Shown here: positions 1 to 64,000 of the stretch, in pieces
Numbering within the stretch: the stretch's first letter is position 1
How the letters are laid out: each line of letters starts with the position of its first letter
NCBI GenBank assembly: GCA_035221665.1
Contig: CM069140.1
Location: 56,668,001-56,732,000 of the forward strand
Origin: Okamejei kenojei
Lineage: Eukaryota
Length of the DNA: 64,000 nt
Direction: 5' to 3'
Program-made: the position numbers and the translations under genes
Notes under the pieces: generated by a model
The model's database searches: none
Seen by the model: only the letters and a program-made list of their open reading frames with translations
What the model was told of the DNA's origin: nothing

Positions 1-62042
<62,042 letters not shown>

Positions 62043-62344
62043 CTGGAGGAAAACACAGGAATGAACATTTAAGCCACGTTATTAACAGGAAATCTAACCT
62101 GCAATTACTGTGACAATAAACCTTGGAAACCTGTTCGGCAAGAGATCCACTCACTCCAGCATCAGTTCTGTCAACAGTAACCAACTCTGGCTTGCGATAT
62201 TTGCTATGGTCAGGGTGGCATGTTCAATTAAAAATCCCTCTTCGCTTTTGGCAACTTGGACTGTTGGAATGGAAGTCTTCTCTTTAAGTGTCTTTAACCA
62301 AATGATTTTAAACCAATCTTTAATTAATTCCTAATCGGCAAAAC

Positions 62345-62655
62345 GCGGCAGGGTGGCACAGCAGTAGAGTTGCTGCCTGACGGCTGCAGAGACCCGGGCT
62401 CAGTCCTGACGACAGGTGCTGTCTGTACGGAGTTTGCACGTTCTCCTCATGACCACATGGGTTTTCTCCGGGTGTTCCGGTTTCCTCCTATACTCCAAGT
62501 ACGTACAGGTTTGTAGGTTGATTGACTTCGATAAAAATGATAAATTGTCCCTATTGTAGGATAGTGTTAGTATACGGGGATTACTGGTCGGCGTGGAGTC
62601 GGTGGGCCGCAGTGCTTGTTTCCACGCTGTATCTCTAAACTGATAAAAACTAAAA
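62345..62655 (+). mobile_element. V-SINE (HE1-like)
   Basis: Full length in + orientation. Confidence 0.88.
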
Positions 62656-63248
62656 AAACATTGGAAGAAATTGGTACTGGTGGGACAATCCCTCATAAAG
62701 ATGGGAGATGAGTGACTTGAAAACTTCTAGTCAACTTAGAATTAAGGCACATTTAGTTTAAATAATTTTATCGTGCAATTATCTCAAGACTTGGGGAGTT
62801 AGATTCTGATACTTAAAGAACAAATATCTGCTCCATAATGTTAATAATCATGGGGATAAATTCTCTCTTCTTCAAATTGCTCATGTTTGTAGTGATACCA
62901 CTTCCATTTAAAATCCCCATGAGCTGATCATTAGGAATGGCTGGTTATACTTAAGACACCTGCAGCCTGACCCAAAGCTCGCAGCAGTATGTCTAGATGT
63001 CCACTCTGAAGCATCTCAGGGTGGGGGAGGTAAATCCTTAAGCCTAAGTGATCCATTATTTAAATAGTACATGGAAAGCATTTATCTGTACATACTTTAC
63101 TCTTAGGCATTAAACATTTATTTAAAAAGAACAATGAATGTAACCAAAATTGTGAACAATGATATTATTATTATTATGGTAGGTATTCTATCTCTTCCCT
63201 CTAGAGGCTTTCCTTAAAACAGGCAAAATAATAACCTGAATACCTACC

Positions 63249-63289
<41 letters not shown>
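63249..63289 (+). repeat. (TAA)n microsatellite
   Basis: About 13 perfect units. Confidence 0.95.
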
Positions 63290-64000
63290 CATAAGAACTA
63301 TTTATGCTGTGGCGCATCGCAAACTGTCAGCCTCATTCCCTCTGCATCAATTGGAGAAAGCCAAATGAGATGGAAAAATGATTGCAAGAGAAGATTGGAT
63401 ATTCAAAATAGATATGACATCCACGAAAAGGAAATAAATATTTTTCTTGCCCTCGACTTATAGACCTGAACTAGTAACTTCCCACAGTAATTGATCTTTG
63501 CCAGGAACAGCAAATTGTTTTTGAGACTTGAGGTGATGCCCTTAATTGTTTTCGCTGTGCACCACATCCTCAACCGCAAGACACTAAATGGACTATCAGT
63601 CGAAACAAAGCACAGTGTGCCTTTACAAGAAGAACAGTCCAAGCCTTGATTACAGTATTGGGCTGTCATTTCACTCATAAAAATCTACAATGAGACAGTA
63701 CAGCCTCTCTTGGCCTGGAGTGCGTAAGACATTTCCTGGCTTGTATGGTGCATGCCTCTCACTTTCATTCCCTGATAACTAACCCTGCTCCCACTTCCCC
63801 ACAGTACGGCTCCATTTCCTACATGCTTTAGTCTACAACACATTCCAAATTGAAAGGCTGGCAGACGTCCAATGTGAGGTAAGCCAGCATCATAGAGCAA
63901 GACCACAAAAACAGGGAGCATTATTTTTAATATCCTGACAGATGCTGAGTTCCCTCCCCTTACTGTGGATAGCCAAACACCGCTGTCTGCTTGCTTCTTT

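Overview
Vertebrate genomic DNA. The repeat content (tRNA-headed V-SINEs of HE1 type, CR1 tails, Deu-SINE remnants) points to a cartilaginous fish, probably a skate or ray (inference). The whole window is the interior of one minus-strand gene, the Hedgehog receptor patched 2 (ptch2). I traced 21 consecutive coding exons (equivalent to exons 3-23 in PTCH1 numbering, about 3.6 kb of CDS), all bounded by GT-AG sites with consistent phases. Exons 1-2 lie beyond 64000 and the last exon runs off position 1. Exon 18 is one base short (frameshift at 18387-18393), most likely an assembly homopolymer error but unverified. Introns contain about 20 V-SINEs, CR1 and Rex1-like LINE fragments, a hAT-type MITE with an 8-bp TSD, and a family of short fold-back elements. 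These carry a minimal hammerhead-ribozyme core and long TSDs and look Penelope-derived; they are the most unusual system visible here. Two perfect GLI sites lie in introns. There is no CRISPR array, rRNA or true tRNA gene, and no second protein-coding gene that I can support. Repeat boundaries were read by eye and are approximate; family names come from recalled consensus features, not a database search.
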